From: an uncultured Eubacteriales bacterium
Lineage (GTDB): Bacteria; Bacillota; Clostridia; Acetivibrionales; CAZANH01
Reading direction: 5' to 3'
DNA length: 49,703 nucleotides
Assembly: GCA_964486515.1 (NCBI GenBank)
Contig: CAZANH010000229.1
Location: 1 to 49,703 of the forward strand
Below, piece by piece: positions 26,616-36,704 of this stretch. Numbering within the stretch: position 1 is the stretch's first letter; each line of letters starts with the position of its first letter. The notes under the pieces are model-generated. The model saw nothing but the letters and a program-made list of their open reading frames with translations, had not been told where the DNA came from and did not search any database. The translations under genes and the position numbers were made by a program.

Positions 26616-28442
26616 ATGTGTGGTATTGTCGGTTACGTAGGTGCAAGGCAAGCAGTACCGGTATTAATAAATGGATTAAAGAGACTCGAGTACAGGGGTT
26701 ATGACTCTGCAGGAGTGGCAGTTTACGGGAATGACAGGCTTGGCGTGATAAAATCAAAAGGAAGGATTTTATCGCTTGAAAGTAAGCTTAAGGAACATTC
26801 CCTTGAAGGGATTATAGGTATAGGACACACCAGGTGGGCAACTCACGGAGAGCCAAATGACATAAATTCACATCCTCATATGAGTAATTCAGGAAATATT
26901 GCAGTAGTTCATAATGGTATAATAGAAAATTATATGAAAATAAAAGAATTTTTAAAAATTCAGGGTTTTAAGTTTGTATCCGATACCGATACGGAAGTAA
27001 TTGCACATCTTGTGGAATACCATTATAAAGGTGACCTGGTACAGGCTGTCATTGACTGTATTAATGAGATTGAAGGTTCATATGCACTTGGAGTCATATG
27101 CAGTGATTACCCTGAACGGTTTGTAGCGGCAAAAAAAGACAGCCCGTTGGTTGTGGGGCTAGGCAAGGGAGAAAACTTTATAGCTTCGGATATACCTGCG
27201 ATACTTGAGTACACGAGAAATATATATATTCTTGAGGATAAGGAAATTGCGGAAATAGGCAGGGAAAGTGTCAAAGTATTCAATAATCTCGGCGAACAGC
27301 TTAAAAAAGAAATATTCGAAGTGAAATGGGATGTAGCTGCTGCAGAAAAGTCAGGTTACGAACATTTTATGATAAAAGAGGTGTGTGAGGAGTCAAAGGT
27401 ACTGAAGGATACAATCAGGCCAAGGATAAAGCAGGGAAAGGTAGAAATTGAAGGGCTCGTAATTGACGAAAATGAACTTGAAAAAACTGATAGGATTTTT
27501 ATTGTAGCTTGTGGAACAGCTTACCATGCTGGGGTTATAGGAAAGTATATTATTGAAAAATACGCAAAAATACCGGTTGAGGTTGATGTTGCATCCGAAT
27601 TTCGCTACCGTGAGCCATTAATAGGAGAAAAAAATCTTGTAATAATCATAAGCCAGTCAGGAGAGACAATTGATACCCTTTATGCGTTACGTGAGGCTAA
27701 AAGGAGGGGAGCCAGGGTATTGTCGATTGTAAATGTCGTTGGCAGTTCGATTGCAAGGGCGTCGGACAATGTTATATATACCTGGGCAGGGCCGGAAATT
27801 GCGGTTGCTTCCACAAAAGCATACAATACGCAACTGGCTGCTGTTTATTTGTTTGCAATGTACCTTGCCAATAAAAGGAATACAATTGATGAAAAAATTT
27901 ATGATGCTGTAATAAAGGGGCTTATGGATATACCGGAAGTGATAGAAAAAATATTGACAGACAGAGAGAATATACAGAAGTTTTCATACCGCCATTATAA
28001 CGCAAACAGTATATTTTTTATCGGAAGAGGACTTGACTATGCACTTTCAATGGAGGGGTCGCTCAAACTGAAAGAAATTTCTTATATACATTCGGAAGCC
28101 TATGCCGGAGGAGAACTAAAACACGGCACGATTGCACTTATTGAAGAGGGTACGCTGGTAGTCTGCCCGATGACACAGGAATACCTTCTTGAAAAGATGA
28201 TAAGCAATATAAAGGAGGTAAAAGCAAGAGGAGCGGTTGTCCTTGCAATAACCCTTGAAAAAAACAAGAGAAAAATAGAAGAAGTAGCCGATGAAATAAT
28301 AACGATTCCCGACATCAATCCTGTTGTAGCACCAATTGCCGCAGTTACTCCCATGCAGCTTTTTGCCTATTATACGGCAGTCCACAAAGGCTGTGACGTG
28401 GATAAACCAAGGAACCTTGCGAAATCGGTAACCGTAGAATAG
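26616..28442 (+). CDS. glmS: glutamine--fructose-6-phosphate aminotransferase
   Basis: Starts with MCGIVGY (N-terminal nucleophile Cys), has two SIS domains and ends with the canonical C-terminal KSVTVE. Confidence 0.97.
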   Translation: MCGIVGYVGARQAVPVLINGLKRLEYRGYDSAGVAVYGNDRLGVIKSKGRILSLESKLKEHSLEGIIGIGHTRWATHGEPNDINSHPHMSNSGNIAVVHNGIIENYMKIKEFLKIQGFKFVSDTDTEVIAHLVEYHYKGDLVQAVIDCINEIEGSYALGVICSDYPERFVAAKKDSPLVVGLGKGENFIASDIPAILEYTRNIYILEDKEIAEIGRESVKVFNNLGEQLKKEIFEVKWDVAAAEKSGYEHFMIKEVCEESKVLKDTIRPRIKQGKVEIEGLVIDENELEKTDRIFIVACGTAYHAGVIGKYIIEKYAKIPVEVDVASEFRYREPLIGEKNLVIIISQSGETIDTLYALREAKRRGARVLSIVNVVGSSIARASDNVIYTWAGPEIAVASTKAYNTQLAAVYLFAMYLANKRNTIDEKIYDAVIKGLMDIPEVIEKILTDRENIQKFSYRHYNANSIFFIGRGLDYALSMEGSLKLKEISYIHSEAYAGGELKHGTIALIEEGTLVVCPMTQEYLLEKMISNIKEVKARGAVVLAITLEKNKRKIEEVADEIITIPDINPVVAPIAAVTPMQLFAYYTAVHKGCDVDKPRNLAKSVTVE

Positions 28443-28556
28443 GAATTCTGCTTCCCATGTAACCGGTACCCGGTACCGCCCGATTGCCGTCGAATTTTGT
28501 TGTGTGGCAATGTCATGATGAGTATTGGTAACACAGTTTTTCTGTTATGCCATATT

Positions 28557-30113
28557 TCAGCAACCTGCTATATGAATTTTTCCTTGTGACGTTTCTACTG
28601 TTTTCCAGTATATTTTCTCTTCCCATGACTTGCTGCTCCTGCGGTCAAATATGATCAGCCAGCCCTCCCGTTCACCTGTCTTATCCATATAAAAACCGAG
28701 CTGTTTTAGTCCATCCTGTTCTGTATTATTCCCGTATAGAAGCTTCAGTTCTATGGGGTATTTCTTCCCGGCATATCTTACACATAAATCAAACCGCCTT
28801 GTGCCGCTGGCATATTCACGGATGATGTCTCCGCCTCCGTTTATAACCCTTTGCAGGAATGCCTGCAGTATAAGATGGGGTGCGGCTTCCTTATATTCAT
28901 ACTTTTCTACCCAAATTTCGCTGTTTTCTCTCCAGAATTCCTGAAATGCCTTCAGCAAACCGTTCATATCAATGGCGTCCTTCAAAAGCCAGTCAGGCTG
29001 TATCCGGCTTTGCAAGACATATTGAGTGTTATATGACAACGTTCGAATAAATACTTCGCCGTAAATACGGTTTCCGGGAACAATTTGTCCATTTTCTTTT
29101 CTTATAAGGCCCAGATCCATGCAGTACATAAAGTCATCTGACAGATAATCGATATTTTCCGCATAGCCAAGAATAACCGGCTCAACGACTTTTCGCACAC
29201 GGTCCTCATGAAGCCTCTCAAGCAGGCTGTCTATGTGTACATCACGCCTTAATATGATAGTCTGTACAGCCTGTTCTACCATATTAGCATCGACAGGCAC
29301 TGAATTGTCCTTTTTTAATTGTTTTTCAATCACTTCAACTGCTATTGCGTTTACCAGCCATGGCTGCCCTCCTGTCCACCAATAGCTTCCATCAACTGCT
29401 CCAGGTTCAAAAACCTGACCGGTTTCCTCTGTATGCTGGTTATAGAGGACTTGAATTTCTTCTCTTGTAAAGTTTTTGAGTGTCAATGCATCTCTTACAA
29501 TATTGAATGGGCTTGAGGAACCCATAGTCTCGGTATATTTACGTATTTTACCCTTGTAATCGCGGATATTTCGCATTCCCACAAGGGCCAGTGAGTGAAT
29601 GAACGGCGTCTTTTTCCTATTGACGTATCCGTCCCGAAGCTGTCTCAGAAATGTAATAAGTGTACCTTCGCTCAGGCAGTCGGATTCATCAAAGAAAACC
29701 ACCAGCGGTTTATCTAATGTGGAACACAAGGCATAGAACAGTTCTTTTATTGAAACGGTTATATCGTTTTTGTTTATTTTACCTTTAATGTCATTAATAT
29801 TCTGTTTCACTGGTAGGGCAGATATCTTTATCGATGACACTATGCAATTAAAAATCTGTGGTATACCCCTTTCAGGTTCGGGAAAGGACTGTACGGCTTC
29901 CAGCGAACAGTACAGGGCATAGTACATTCCCTGACCGTTAATTGTCTGCTCCAGGCTGTTAAGAAGTGTCGTCTTGCCGCTCTGGCGGGCTGCGTGTATT
30001 ACAAAGTATTGATTACTACCAATCAATTCCCGGACATCCGTCAGCCTGCTTTCGGCATCCAGCATATAGTGCTCATCCGGAAAACAAGGGCCTGTAATGT
30101 TAAACCGTCTCAA
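28557..30113 (-). CDS. AAA-like ATPase with C-terminal PD-(D/E)XK-like nuclease fold
   Basis: 518 aa with a TTG start and GAGGTGA RBS. Has Walker A (AARQSGKTT) and Walker B (LVVFFDESD). The C-terminus (RRFDLCVRY...YPIELKLL) fits a D...E.K restriction-endonuclease-like motif. Confidence 0.7.
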   Translation of the reverse strand: MRRFNITGPCFPDEHYMLDAESRLTDVRELIGSNQYFVIHAARQSGKTTLLNSLEQTINGQGMYYALYCSLEAVQSFPEPERGIPQIFNCIVSSIKISALPVKQNINDIKGKINKNDITVSIKELFYALCSTLDKPLVVFFDESDCLSEGTLITFLRQLRDGYVNRKKTPFIHSLALVGMRNIRDYKGKIRKYTETMGSSSPFNIVRDALTLKNFTREEIQVLYNQHTEETGQVFEPGAVDGSYWWTGGQPWLVNAIAVEVIEKQLKKDNSVPVDANMVEQAVQTIILRRDVHIDSLLERLHEDRVRKVVEPVILGYAENIDYLSDDFMYCMDLGLIRKENGQIVPGNRIYGEVFIRTLSYNTQYVLQSRIQPDWLLKDAIDMNGLLKAFQEFWRENSEIWVEKYEYKEAAPHLILQAFLQRVINGGGDIIREYASGTRRFDLCVRYAGKKYPIELKLLYGNNTEQDGLKQLGFYMDKTGEREGWLIIFDRRSSKSWEEKIYWKTVETSQGKIHIAGC

Positions 30114-30263
30114 ATTAACTCACCTCTGCGCTTATCATCTTATTATCATTTATTATTATATCATTAAAAAACTATTTTTTCCATTAATATTTTTTATATA
30201 GTGTTTTCTGAAACCATCGTTTCTTCGGAAGCTCTAAAAAATAGTTGTATCCCGAAAGTTTGT

Positions 30264-30514
30264 GTTACCATTCACAGCCCTTTTCATCTACTTGAAGAAA
30301 TATTTTCATGAAATACATAGCGAAAGGTTCTTAGAGGCTGTTTGTAAAGCAAATATAATATCAAATCATTGTTTGAGTTGAATGCATTCCCGTTATATTT
30401 TTAAGCATTCAGCGAGTTTGATTTGACATGTAAGGCTGAACTTACAGCTACTTGAACTTGTAGCGTTCATTTCATGAAAATATTCTTCGAGCTAAGGGGG
30501 CTGTGAATACTAAC
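30264..30514 (-). mobile_element. full-length copy of the MITE-like hairpin repeat, inverted relative to 15507-15759
   Basis: Its reverse complement aligns end to end with 15507-15759, by eye at roughly 85-90 percent identity with small indels. Confidence 0.85.
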
Positions 30515-30552
30515 AATGTAATATAGTTAACAAAAGAAAAATAAAAAAAACC

Positions 30553-30581
30553 TTGCAAATTAATAATTACTGTAGTAGAAT
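30553..30581 (+). promoter_or_regulatory. candidate sigma-A promoter of the S10 operon
   Basis: TTGCAA (30553-30558), a 17-nt spacer, then TAGAAT (30576-30581). It would give a ~305-nt leader before rpsJ. Confidence 0.55.
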
Positions 30582-30893
30582 ATTGAATGTTGTGACGTGA
30601 CATACGATGATGCAGGAAATTGCTGCTTATAGAGTAAGAAGGGAAATTCTGCAGAGAATGTCCGATTCATGAAACCGGGCGGAAGGTCACTAAGATTGAA
30701 AGGTGGTTTTATAAGAAATTACCTGATGTGAGTGTTAAGAATAGTAACATTGAAGTAATTTGCCCAGGTAAATGTAAAGTAGCACAGAAGGTTTTGGCCT
30801 GGGTTTTAAAATGGCTTTATATGAAACACCCGGCTCGGTGTACAATGAATGCCCGCTAATTATATTGAAAAGGAGAATTAAGGAGGCACATGT

Positions 30894-31205
30894 ATGGCGA
30901 ACAAACAGAAAATTAGAATTAGGTTAAAGGCATTTGATCATCAGGTACTTGACCAGTCAGCCGAAAAGATAGTTGAGACAGCTAAGAGAACAGGTGCAAG
31001 TGTATCAGGTCCTGTTCCGTTGCCTACGGAAAAAGAAATTATAACTATTCTTAGGGCGCCGCATAAATATAAGGATTCACGTGAGCAGTTTCAAATGAGT
31101 ACACATAAAAGATTGATTGATATCCTTTTACCTACGGCAAAAACAGTTGATGCTTTAATGAGACTTGATCTACCGGCTGGTGTAGATATTGAAATTAAGC
31201 TTTAG
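30894..31205 (+). CDS. rpsJ: 30S ribosomal protein S10
   Basis: [22 protein letters not shown]... with an AAGGAGG RBS. First gene of the S10 operon. Confidence 0.98.
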   Translation: MANKQKIRIRLKAFDHQVLDQSAEKIVETAKRTGASVSGPVPLPTEKEIITILRAPHKYKDSREQFQMSTHKRLIDILLPTAKTVDALMRLDLPAGVDIEIKL

Positions 31206-31329
31206 GATATAGAAAACATAAAGGTCATGTTCATAATGGCATAAATGATTTAAAGTAGTGTTGAATATAGTGATAGTACTGAAATATGTTTTTATGTATT
31301 GTGAACCAATAACCAGGGAGGTAATTTAA

Positions 31330-31968
31330 GTGAGCAGGTTTATATTGGGTAAAAAAATTGGAATGACACAAATATTTAGTGAAGAAGGAAATGCGGTTCC
31401 GGTTACTGTTGTGAAAGCTGGACCGTGCATGGTTATACAAAAAAAAACCATTGAAAATGATGGTTATAACGCAGTAAGAATAGCATTTGAAGAAATACCT
31501 GAAAAAAGGTTGAATAAGCCTCAAAGAGGTATATATGAAAAGCTTAAGATTCCTGTAAAAAAATATATAAAAGAATTTAAAGTATCTGATATTGAAAAAT
31601 TTGAATCAGGAATGGAAATAAAAGTATCCGATGTGTTTAATGAAGGTGAAAAAGTTGATATAACAGGAATATCAAAGGGAAAAGGTTTTCAAGGGGTAAT
31701 AAAAAGGTATGGGCATAAGATTGGACCCAAAAGCCATGGTTCAATGTATTTTAGACGGCCGGGTACAATGGGAGCAGGCTCAAGTCCCGGAAGAGTATTC
31801 AAAGGCAAAAAGCTTCCCGGACATATGGGTGTTAAGAAAGTTACCATACAAAATATTATTGTTGAAAAAGTTGATGGAGAAAGAAAATTGTTACTTTTGA
31901 AAGGTTCGGTACCTGGTGCTAAAGGAAGCCTTTTAAGTATAAAAAATTCCATAAAGGCATCCGAATAG
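31330..31968 (+). CDS. rplC: 50S ribosomal protein L3
   Basis: GTG start after a GGGAGG RBS. Has GKKIGMTQIF and the FQGVIKRYG motif. Confidence 0.97.
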   Translation: MSRFILGKKIGMTQIFSEEGNAVPVTVVKAGPCMVIQKKTIENDGYNAVRIAFEEIPEKRLNKPQRGIYEKLKIPVKKYIKEFKVSDIEKFESGMEIKVSDVFNEGEKVDITGISKGKGFQGVIKRYGHKIGPKSHGSMYFRRPGTMGAGSSPGRVFKGKKLPGHMGVKKVTIQNIIVEKVDGERKLLLLKGSVPGAKGSLLSIKNSIKASE

Positions 31969-31995
31969 CAAATAAGAAAGGAGGAAGTATTTATA

Positions 31996-32622
31996 ATGCC
32001 AAAAGTTGATTTATATAATATGCAAGGTGAAGTAACAGGTGAAATTGAATTAAATGATAACATTTTTGGTATTGAAGTAAATAAAAATGCAATACATCTT
32101 GCAATATTGAGCCAACTTGCCAATCGTAGACATGGTACAAGTTCCACAAAAACAAAAAGTGAAGTTAGAGGCGGAGGAAGAAAGCCATGGAGGCAAAAAG
32201 GTACAGGTAGAGCAAGACAAGGGAGTATACGCTCGGCACAATGGGTTGGAGGTGGAGTGGCACTTGGCCCGAAGCCGAGAAATTATAAATATAAACTTCC
32301 CAGAAAACTAAAAAAAATTGCACTGAAATCTGCTTTATCATCGAAGGCAATAAGTAATGATATTATTGTTCTTGATGATTTGAATTTTGAAAAGATAAAG
32401 ACAAAAAATATGCTGGAGGTTATTAACAATCTTAAGATTACAGAATCTACTGTTTTAATAATTCTACCGGGAAGAGATGTTACGGTACAAAAGTCTGCAA
32501 GAAACCTCCGTGGAATTAAAACTGTATTGACTAATACAATTAACGTATTTGATATTTTGAAGTATAACAAATTTTTGATTACAAAAGATGCATTAACAAA
32601 AGTGGAGGAGGTGTATGCCTGA
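31996..32622 (+). CDS. rplD: 50S ribosomal protein L4
   Basis: Has the RGGGRKPWRQKGTGRARQGS motif and the expected operon position. Confidence 0.97.
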   Translation: MPKVDLYNMQGEVTGEIELNDNIFGIEVNKNAIHLAILSQLANRRHGTSSTKTKSEVRGGGRKPWRQKGTGRARQGSIRSAQWVGGGVALGPKPRNYKYKLPRKLKKIALKSALSSKAISNDIIVLDDLNFEKIKTKNMLEVINNLKITESTVLIILPGRDVTVQKSARNLRGIKTVLTNTINVFDILKYNKFLITKDALTKVEEVYA

Positions 32623-32975
32623 TGAAAATTGATAATAGTATTATAAAAAGTCCATATATTACTGAAAAAAGCAATGAGGATGCTATCTATGGCAAATACA
32701 CCTTTATGGTGGACGTAAATGCAACAAAAACGGAAATTAAAAATATTGTTGAGGATATATTTGGTGTAAAAGTTTTAAAGGTAAATACTCAGAAATACAG
32801 AGGAAAAATAAAACGTATGGGTGTACACCAGGGACCCAGGCCAGACTGGAAAAAGGCTATAGTTAAAATTGACACAAATCCTGAACCAGGGACATATCTT
32901 TCAACAGGTGGTAAGACGGTAACTGAGAACCGCAAATATAAAACGAGTATTGAAGAATTTGGTATATCTCAGTAA
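32622..32975 (+). CDS. rplW: 50S ribosomal protein L23
   Basis: Has the KYTFMVDVNATKTEIKNIVEDIFGVKV core. Its start overlaps the rplD stop. At 117 aa it is slightly long, with a C-terminal tail. Confidence 0.95.
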   Translation: MKIDNSIIKSPYITEKSNEDAIYGKYTFMVDVNATKTEIKNIVEDIFGVKVLKVNTQKYRGKIKRMGVHQGPRPDWKKAIVKIDTNPEPGTYLSTGGKTVTENRKYKTSIEEFGISQ

Positions 32976-33000
32976 TATTAATACAAGGGAGTGAAAGGAA

Positions 33001-33834
33001 ATGCCAATAAAAAAATATAATCCTACTTCCCCCGCACGAAGGTTTATGACGGTATCTACTTTTGATGATATAAAGAGGAAGAAGCCTGAAAAATCTTTAA
33101 CATCACCTCTTAAGAAAAAAGGAGGTAGAAATTCTTATGGAAGGATTACTGTACGGCATAAGGGAGGCGGAGCAAAACAAAAATACCGGATTATTGATTT
33201 TAAAAGAGATAAGGATGGTATAAAAGCCAGGGTTGCAGCTATTGAGTATGACCCTAACAGAACGGCAAATATAGCGCTATTACATTATGAGGATGGAGAA
33301 AAACGATATATACCCGCACCTGTTAATTTAAAGGAAGGGGATATTATAGAATCAGGTGAAAATGCAGATATAAAGCCTGGTAATGCATTACTACTTAAAA
33401 ATATACCTCTTGGCACGATGATTTACAACATAGAACTGAAACCCGGAAAAGGTGGTCAGCTTGTGAGAGCAGCAGGTGTTTCCGCACAGCTTATGGCTAA
33501 AGAAAAAGAATATGCACAAGTCAGACTCCCATCGGGAGAGGTAAGGTATATAAGCATGAATTGCAGGGCTTCAGTAGGACAACTGAGTAATATTGAAAAT
33601 GAAAATATTACTTTAGGCAAAGCGGGAAGGAAAAGATGGCTGGGAGTAAGGCCGACAGTGAGAGGCTCGGTTATGAACCCGGTGGACCATCCCCACGGTG
33701 GCGGAGAAGGTAAAGCTTCTATTGGAAAACCCGGCCCTGTTACACCATGGGGTAAACCTACAATTGGATTAAAAACAAGAAATAAAAACAAGAAGTCAGA
33801 TAAATTTATAGTTAAAAGAAAAAATGATAAATGA
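33001..33834 (+). CDS. rplB: 50S ribosomal protein L2
   Basis: Has the [18 protein letters not shown] signature. Confidence 0.98.
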   Translation: MPIKKYNPTSPARRFMTVSTFDDIKRKKPEKSLTSPLKKKGGRNSYGRITVRHKGGGAKQKYRIIDFKRDKDGIKARVAAIEYDPNRTANIALLHYEDGEKRYIPAPVNLKEGDIIESGENADIKPGNALLLKNIPLGTMIYNIELKPGKGGQLVRAAGVSAQLMAKEKEYAQVRLPSGEVRYISMNCRASVGQLSNIENENITLGKAGRKRWLGVRPTVRGSVMNPVDHPHGGGEGKASIGKPGPVTPWGKPTIGLKTRNKNKKSDKFIVKRKNDK

Positions 33835-33857
33835 TTATTAAAAGGAGGATATAATGG

Positions 33858-34142
33858 ATGAGCAGATCAGTGAAAAAAGGGCCTTATGTGAATGAAAAGC
33901 TACTTAGGCATATTGAAGAAATGAATAAGAAAAACGAAAAGAGGGTAATAAAATCCTGGTCAAGAGCATCAACCATTTTTCCGCAGATGGTGGGACATAC
34001 CATAGCAATACATGATGGAAGAAAACATGTTCCGGTATATATAACAGAAGATATGGTAGGTCATAAGCTTGGAGAATTTGCTCCAACAAGGACATTTAAA
34101 GGACATGGACATCATACGGAAAGATCTACCGCATTGAAATAA
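33858..34142 (+). CDS. rpsS: 30S ribosomal protein S19
   Basis: [11 protein letters not shown]...[23 protein letters not shown]. Confidence 0.98.
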   Translation: MSRSVKKGPYVNEKLLRHIEEMNKKNEKRVIKSWSRASTIFPQMVGHTIAIHDGRKHVPVYITEDMVGHKLGEFAPTRTFKGHGHHTERSTALK

Positions 34143-34167
34143 CAAAGACCGGAAGGAGGAGATTCAG

Positions 34168-34644
34168 TTGGAAAAAAGAGTAATGTCAAGAGATGAGATT
34201 ACAGACAAAAAAGATGACCTGTTGAAAGAATACAATTCAATACATGCTAAATCAAACAAGCCAAAGCTTCTGGCAAAAAAAGAAAAGAGAATACTGGGAA
34301 TAGATAAGGACCAGGGCAGGGCTGTTTTGAAATATGCAAGGATATCAGCGAGAAAGGTAAAGATTGTACTGGATCTTATAAGATATAAAAGACTTGATGA
34401 GGCATATGCTATATTAAAACATACTCCTAAGGCTGCATCGGAAATATTGTTGAAACTGTTAAAGTCTGCGGAGTCAAATGCTGTAAATAATAATAGCCTG
34501 AATAAAGACAGCCTTTTTATTTCTGAAGCGTATGCAAACCAGGGCCCAACGTTGAAAAGAATAAGAGCAAGGGCACAGGGCAGGGCTTTCAGGATAATGA
34601 AAAGAACCAGCCATATTACCCTAGTAGTCAGGGAAAGTGAATAG
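34168..34644 (+). CDS. rplV: 50S ribosomal protein L22 with ~45-aa N-terminal extension
   Basis: The L22 core starts near [24 protein letters not shown] 34168 sits 7 nt after GGAGGAG, which supports the long form. Confidence 0.9.
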   Translation: MEKRVMSRDEITDKKDDLLKEYNSIHAKSNKPKLLAKKEKRILGIDKDQGRAVLKYARISARKVKIVLDLIRYKRLDEAYAILKHTPKAASEILLKLLKSAESNAVNNNSLNKDSLFISEAYANQGPTLKRIRARAQGRAFRIMKRTSHITLVVRESE

Positions 34645-34662
34645 TTGAATGGAGGTTAAAGA

Positions 34663-35328
34663 ATGGGACAAAAAGTAAATCCTCATGGTTTAAGGATTGG
34701 AATTATCAAGGACTGGGATACAAAATGGTATGCGAACAATAAAAACTTCAGTGAATATCTTATTGAGGATGTAAAAATACGAGAGTTCTTGAAAAAAAAG
34801 CTTTTTATATCGGGCATATCAAGAATTGAAATTGAAAGAGCTGCCAATAAAATAAAAGTAAATATTAATACGGCAAAACCCGGGCTTGTTATAGGAAAAG
34901 GTGGTTCAGGTATTGAGGATTTAAGGAAGCTTATTGAAAAAATGACAGGTAAAAGTGTTTTAATCAATATTACTGAAATAAAAGCACCTGAGTTGAGTGC
35001 ACAGCTTGTTGCGGAAAATATTGCAGCTCAGCTTGAAAAAAGGATTTCATTCCGAAGAGCAATGAAACAGGCTATGAGCAGATCAATTAAAGTAGGTGCA
35101 AAAGGAATAAAAACATCGGTATCAGGCAGACTGGGTGGTGCTGAAATAGCAAGAACTGAGCACTATCATGAAGGTACAATACCGTTGCAGACACTGAGAG
35201 CTGATATAGATTATGGATTTGCAGAATCCAATACAACTTATGGGAAAATAGGTGTAAAGGTTTGGATATATAAAGGCGAGGTTCTTCCGGCAGTAAAAGA
35301 GGATAAAAAAGCAGAAGGAGGAGCATAA
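34663..35328 (+). CDS. rpsC: 30S ribosomal protein S3
   Basis: Starts [14 protein letters not shown] and has KH and S3-C domains. Confidence 0.98.
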   Translation: MGQKVNPHGLRIGIIKDWDTKWYANNKNFSEYLIEDVKIREFLKKKLFISGISRIEIERAANKIKVNINTAKPGLVIGKGGSGIEDLRKLIEKMTGKSVLINITEIKAPELSAQLVAENIAAQLEKRISFRRAMKQAMSRSIKVGAKGIKTSVSGRLGGAEIARTEHYHEGTIPLQTLRADIDYGFAESNTTYGKIGVKVWIYKGEVLPAVKEDKKAEGGA

Positions 35329-35331
35329 GAT

Positions 35332-35769
35332 ATGTTAATGCCTAAAAAAGTAAAACGGAGAAGGGTTCATAGGGGAAGAATGAAAGGTATTGCCTCAAGG
35401 GGAAACACGATTACTAATGGAGAATATGGTTTACAGGCACTGGAACCTTCATGGATAACAGGTAATCAGATTGAGGCTGCAAGAATTGCAATGACACGTT
35501 TTATAAAAAGAGGGGGACAGGTATGGATTAAAATTTTTCCTGATAAACCTGTAACCAAAAAACCAGCTGAAACAAGGATGGGCAGTGGAAAAGGAGTTCC
35601 TGAATACTGGGTGGCAGTTGTTAAGCCTGGTAGAATTTTATTTGAAATAGCAGGTATCAATGAAGATACGGCAAGAGAAGCATTAAGGCTTGCAATGCAC
35701 AAACTTCCTATTAAATGCAAGTTTGTAACCCGTGACAATGAAATGGGTGGTGAATCAAATGAAGGTTAG
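35332..35769 (+). CDS. rplP: 50S ribosomal protein L16
   Basis: [19 protein letters not shown]... Confidence 0.98.
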   Translation: MLMPKKVKRRRVHRGRMKGIASRGNTITNGEYGLQALEPSWITGNQIEAARIAMTRFIKRGGQVWIKIFPDKPVTKKPAETRMGSGKGVPEYWVAVVKPGRILFEIAGINEDTAREALRLAMHKLPIKCKFVTRDNEMGGESNEG

Positions 35770-35962
35770 TGAAATAAGGGAAAAAACACAGACTGAACTT
35801 CAAAAGGAACTAAGTGAGCTGAAATCAGAACTTTTTAAGTTAAGATTCCAGCTTGCGACAAACCAGCTTGAGAATCCAATGAAAGTTAAAAGTGTTAAAA
35901 AATCAATTGCGCGTGTGAAAACAATTATGAGAGAAAGGGAAATTAAAGGTATAAAGGTATGA
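35759..35962 (+). CDS. rpmC: 50S ribosomal protein L29
   Basis: [18 protein letters not shown]...[16 protein letters not shown] 35759 overlaps the rplP end. The track ORF start at 35732 lies inside rplP. Confidence 0.93.
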   Translation: MKVSEIREKTQTELQKELSELKSELFKLRFQLATNQLENPMKVKSVKKSIARVKTIMREREIKGIKV

Positions 35963-35978
35963 AAGGAGGTAACGCGAT

Positions 35979-36236
35979 TTGTCAGAAAGATCAATAAGAA
36001 AAACAAAAACAGGAAAAGTTATAAGTGATAAAATGGATAAAACAATAGTAGTGGCAATCGAAACGAGCGTCAAGCATCCTTTATATAAGAAAATAATAAG
36101 AAGAACATTTAAATTAAAGGCGCATGATGAAAAAAATGAGTGTAAAAAAGGTGACAAGGTAAGAGTCATGGAAACAAGGCCTTTAAGTCATGACAAAAGA
36201 TGGAGGCTTATGGAGATAATAGAAAAGGCGCGATGA
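35979..36236 (+). CDS. rpsQ: 30S ribosomal protein S17
   Basis: TTG start after AAAGGAGG. Sequence [19 protein letters not shown]...HPLYKK. Confidence 0.96.
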   Translation: MSERSIRKTKTGKVISDKMDKTIVVAIETSVKHPLYKKIIRRTFKLKAHDEKNECKKGDKVRVMETRPLSHDKRWRLMEIIEKAR

Positions 36237-36291
36237 TTGGCAGGATTATTATGATAAGATGTCAGTTTGTCGGTAAACAGGAGGTATGGAT

Positions 36292-36660
36292 ATGATACAG
36301 GTGCAGACCAGGTTGAAATCTGCAGATAATACCGGAGCAAAGGAAATGATGTGTATAAAGGTTTTAGGAGGTACGAAAAGAAGATATGCGAATATTGGAG
36401 ATGTAATAGTGGCTTCTGTAAAAAATGCCGCACCGGGTGCTGACGTAAAAAAAGGTGAAATAGTAAAATGTGTTATTGTACGTTCAAGAAAGGGATTGAA
36501 AAGAGTTGACGGTTCATATATAAAGTTTGATGAAAATGCGGCAGTAATTATCAGAGAGGATAAAAATCCAAGAGGTACGCGTATATTTGGACCTGTTGCA
36601 AGAGAACTCAGAGATTGTAATTATATGAAAATTTTATCTCTTGCACCGGAGGTACTTTAA
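36292..36660 (+). CDS. rplN: 50S ribosomal protein L14
   Basis: [18 protein letters not shown] gives the canonical 122 aa. ATG 36292 is better spaced from the GGAGG than 36286. Confidence 0.96.
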   Translation: MIQVQTRLKSADNTGAKEMMCIKVLGGTKRRYANIGDVIVASVKNAAPGADVKKGEIVKCVIVRSRKGLKRVDGSYIKFDENAAVIIREDKNPRGTRIFGPVARELRDCNYMKILSLAPEVL

Positions 36661-36704
36661 AGTATTATTAAGGTATGACTTGAGGAAGGAGGTTATGTGA
36701 AGAA

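Noticed and set aside
28443-28556. Looked for a glmS or convergent terminator hairpin in the glmS / AAA-ATPase intergenic region.
   Set aside because: Only short stems are present (ACCGG/CCGGT, ATTGCC/GGCAAT with a large loop). None is followed by a T-tract.
31231-31524. A minus-strand 97-aa ORF in the rpsJ-rplC spacer.
   Set aside because: It runs antisense into rplC, has an odd composition and no RBS, and is almost certainly not a gene.
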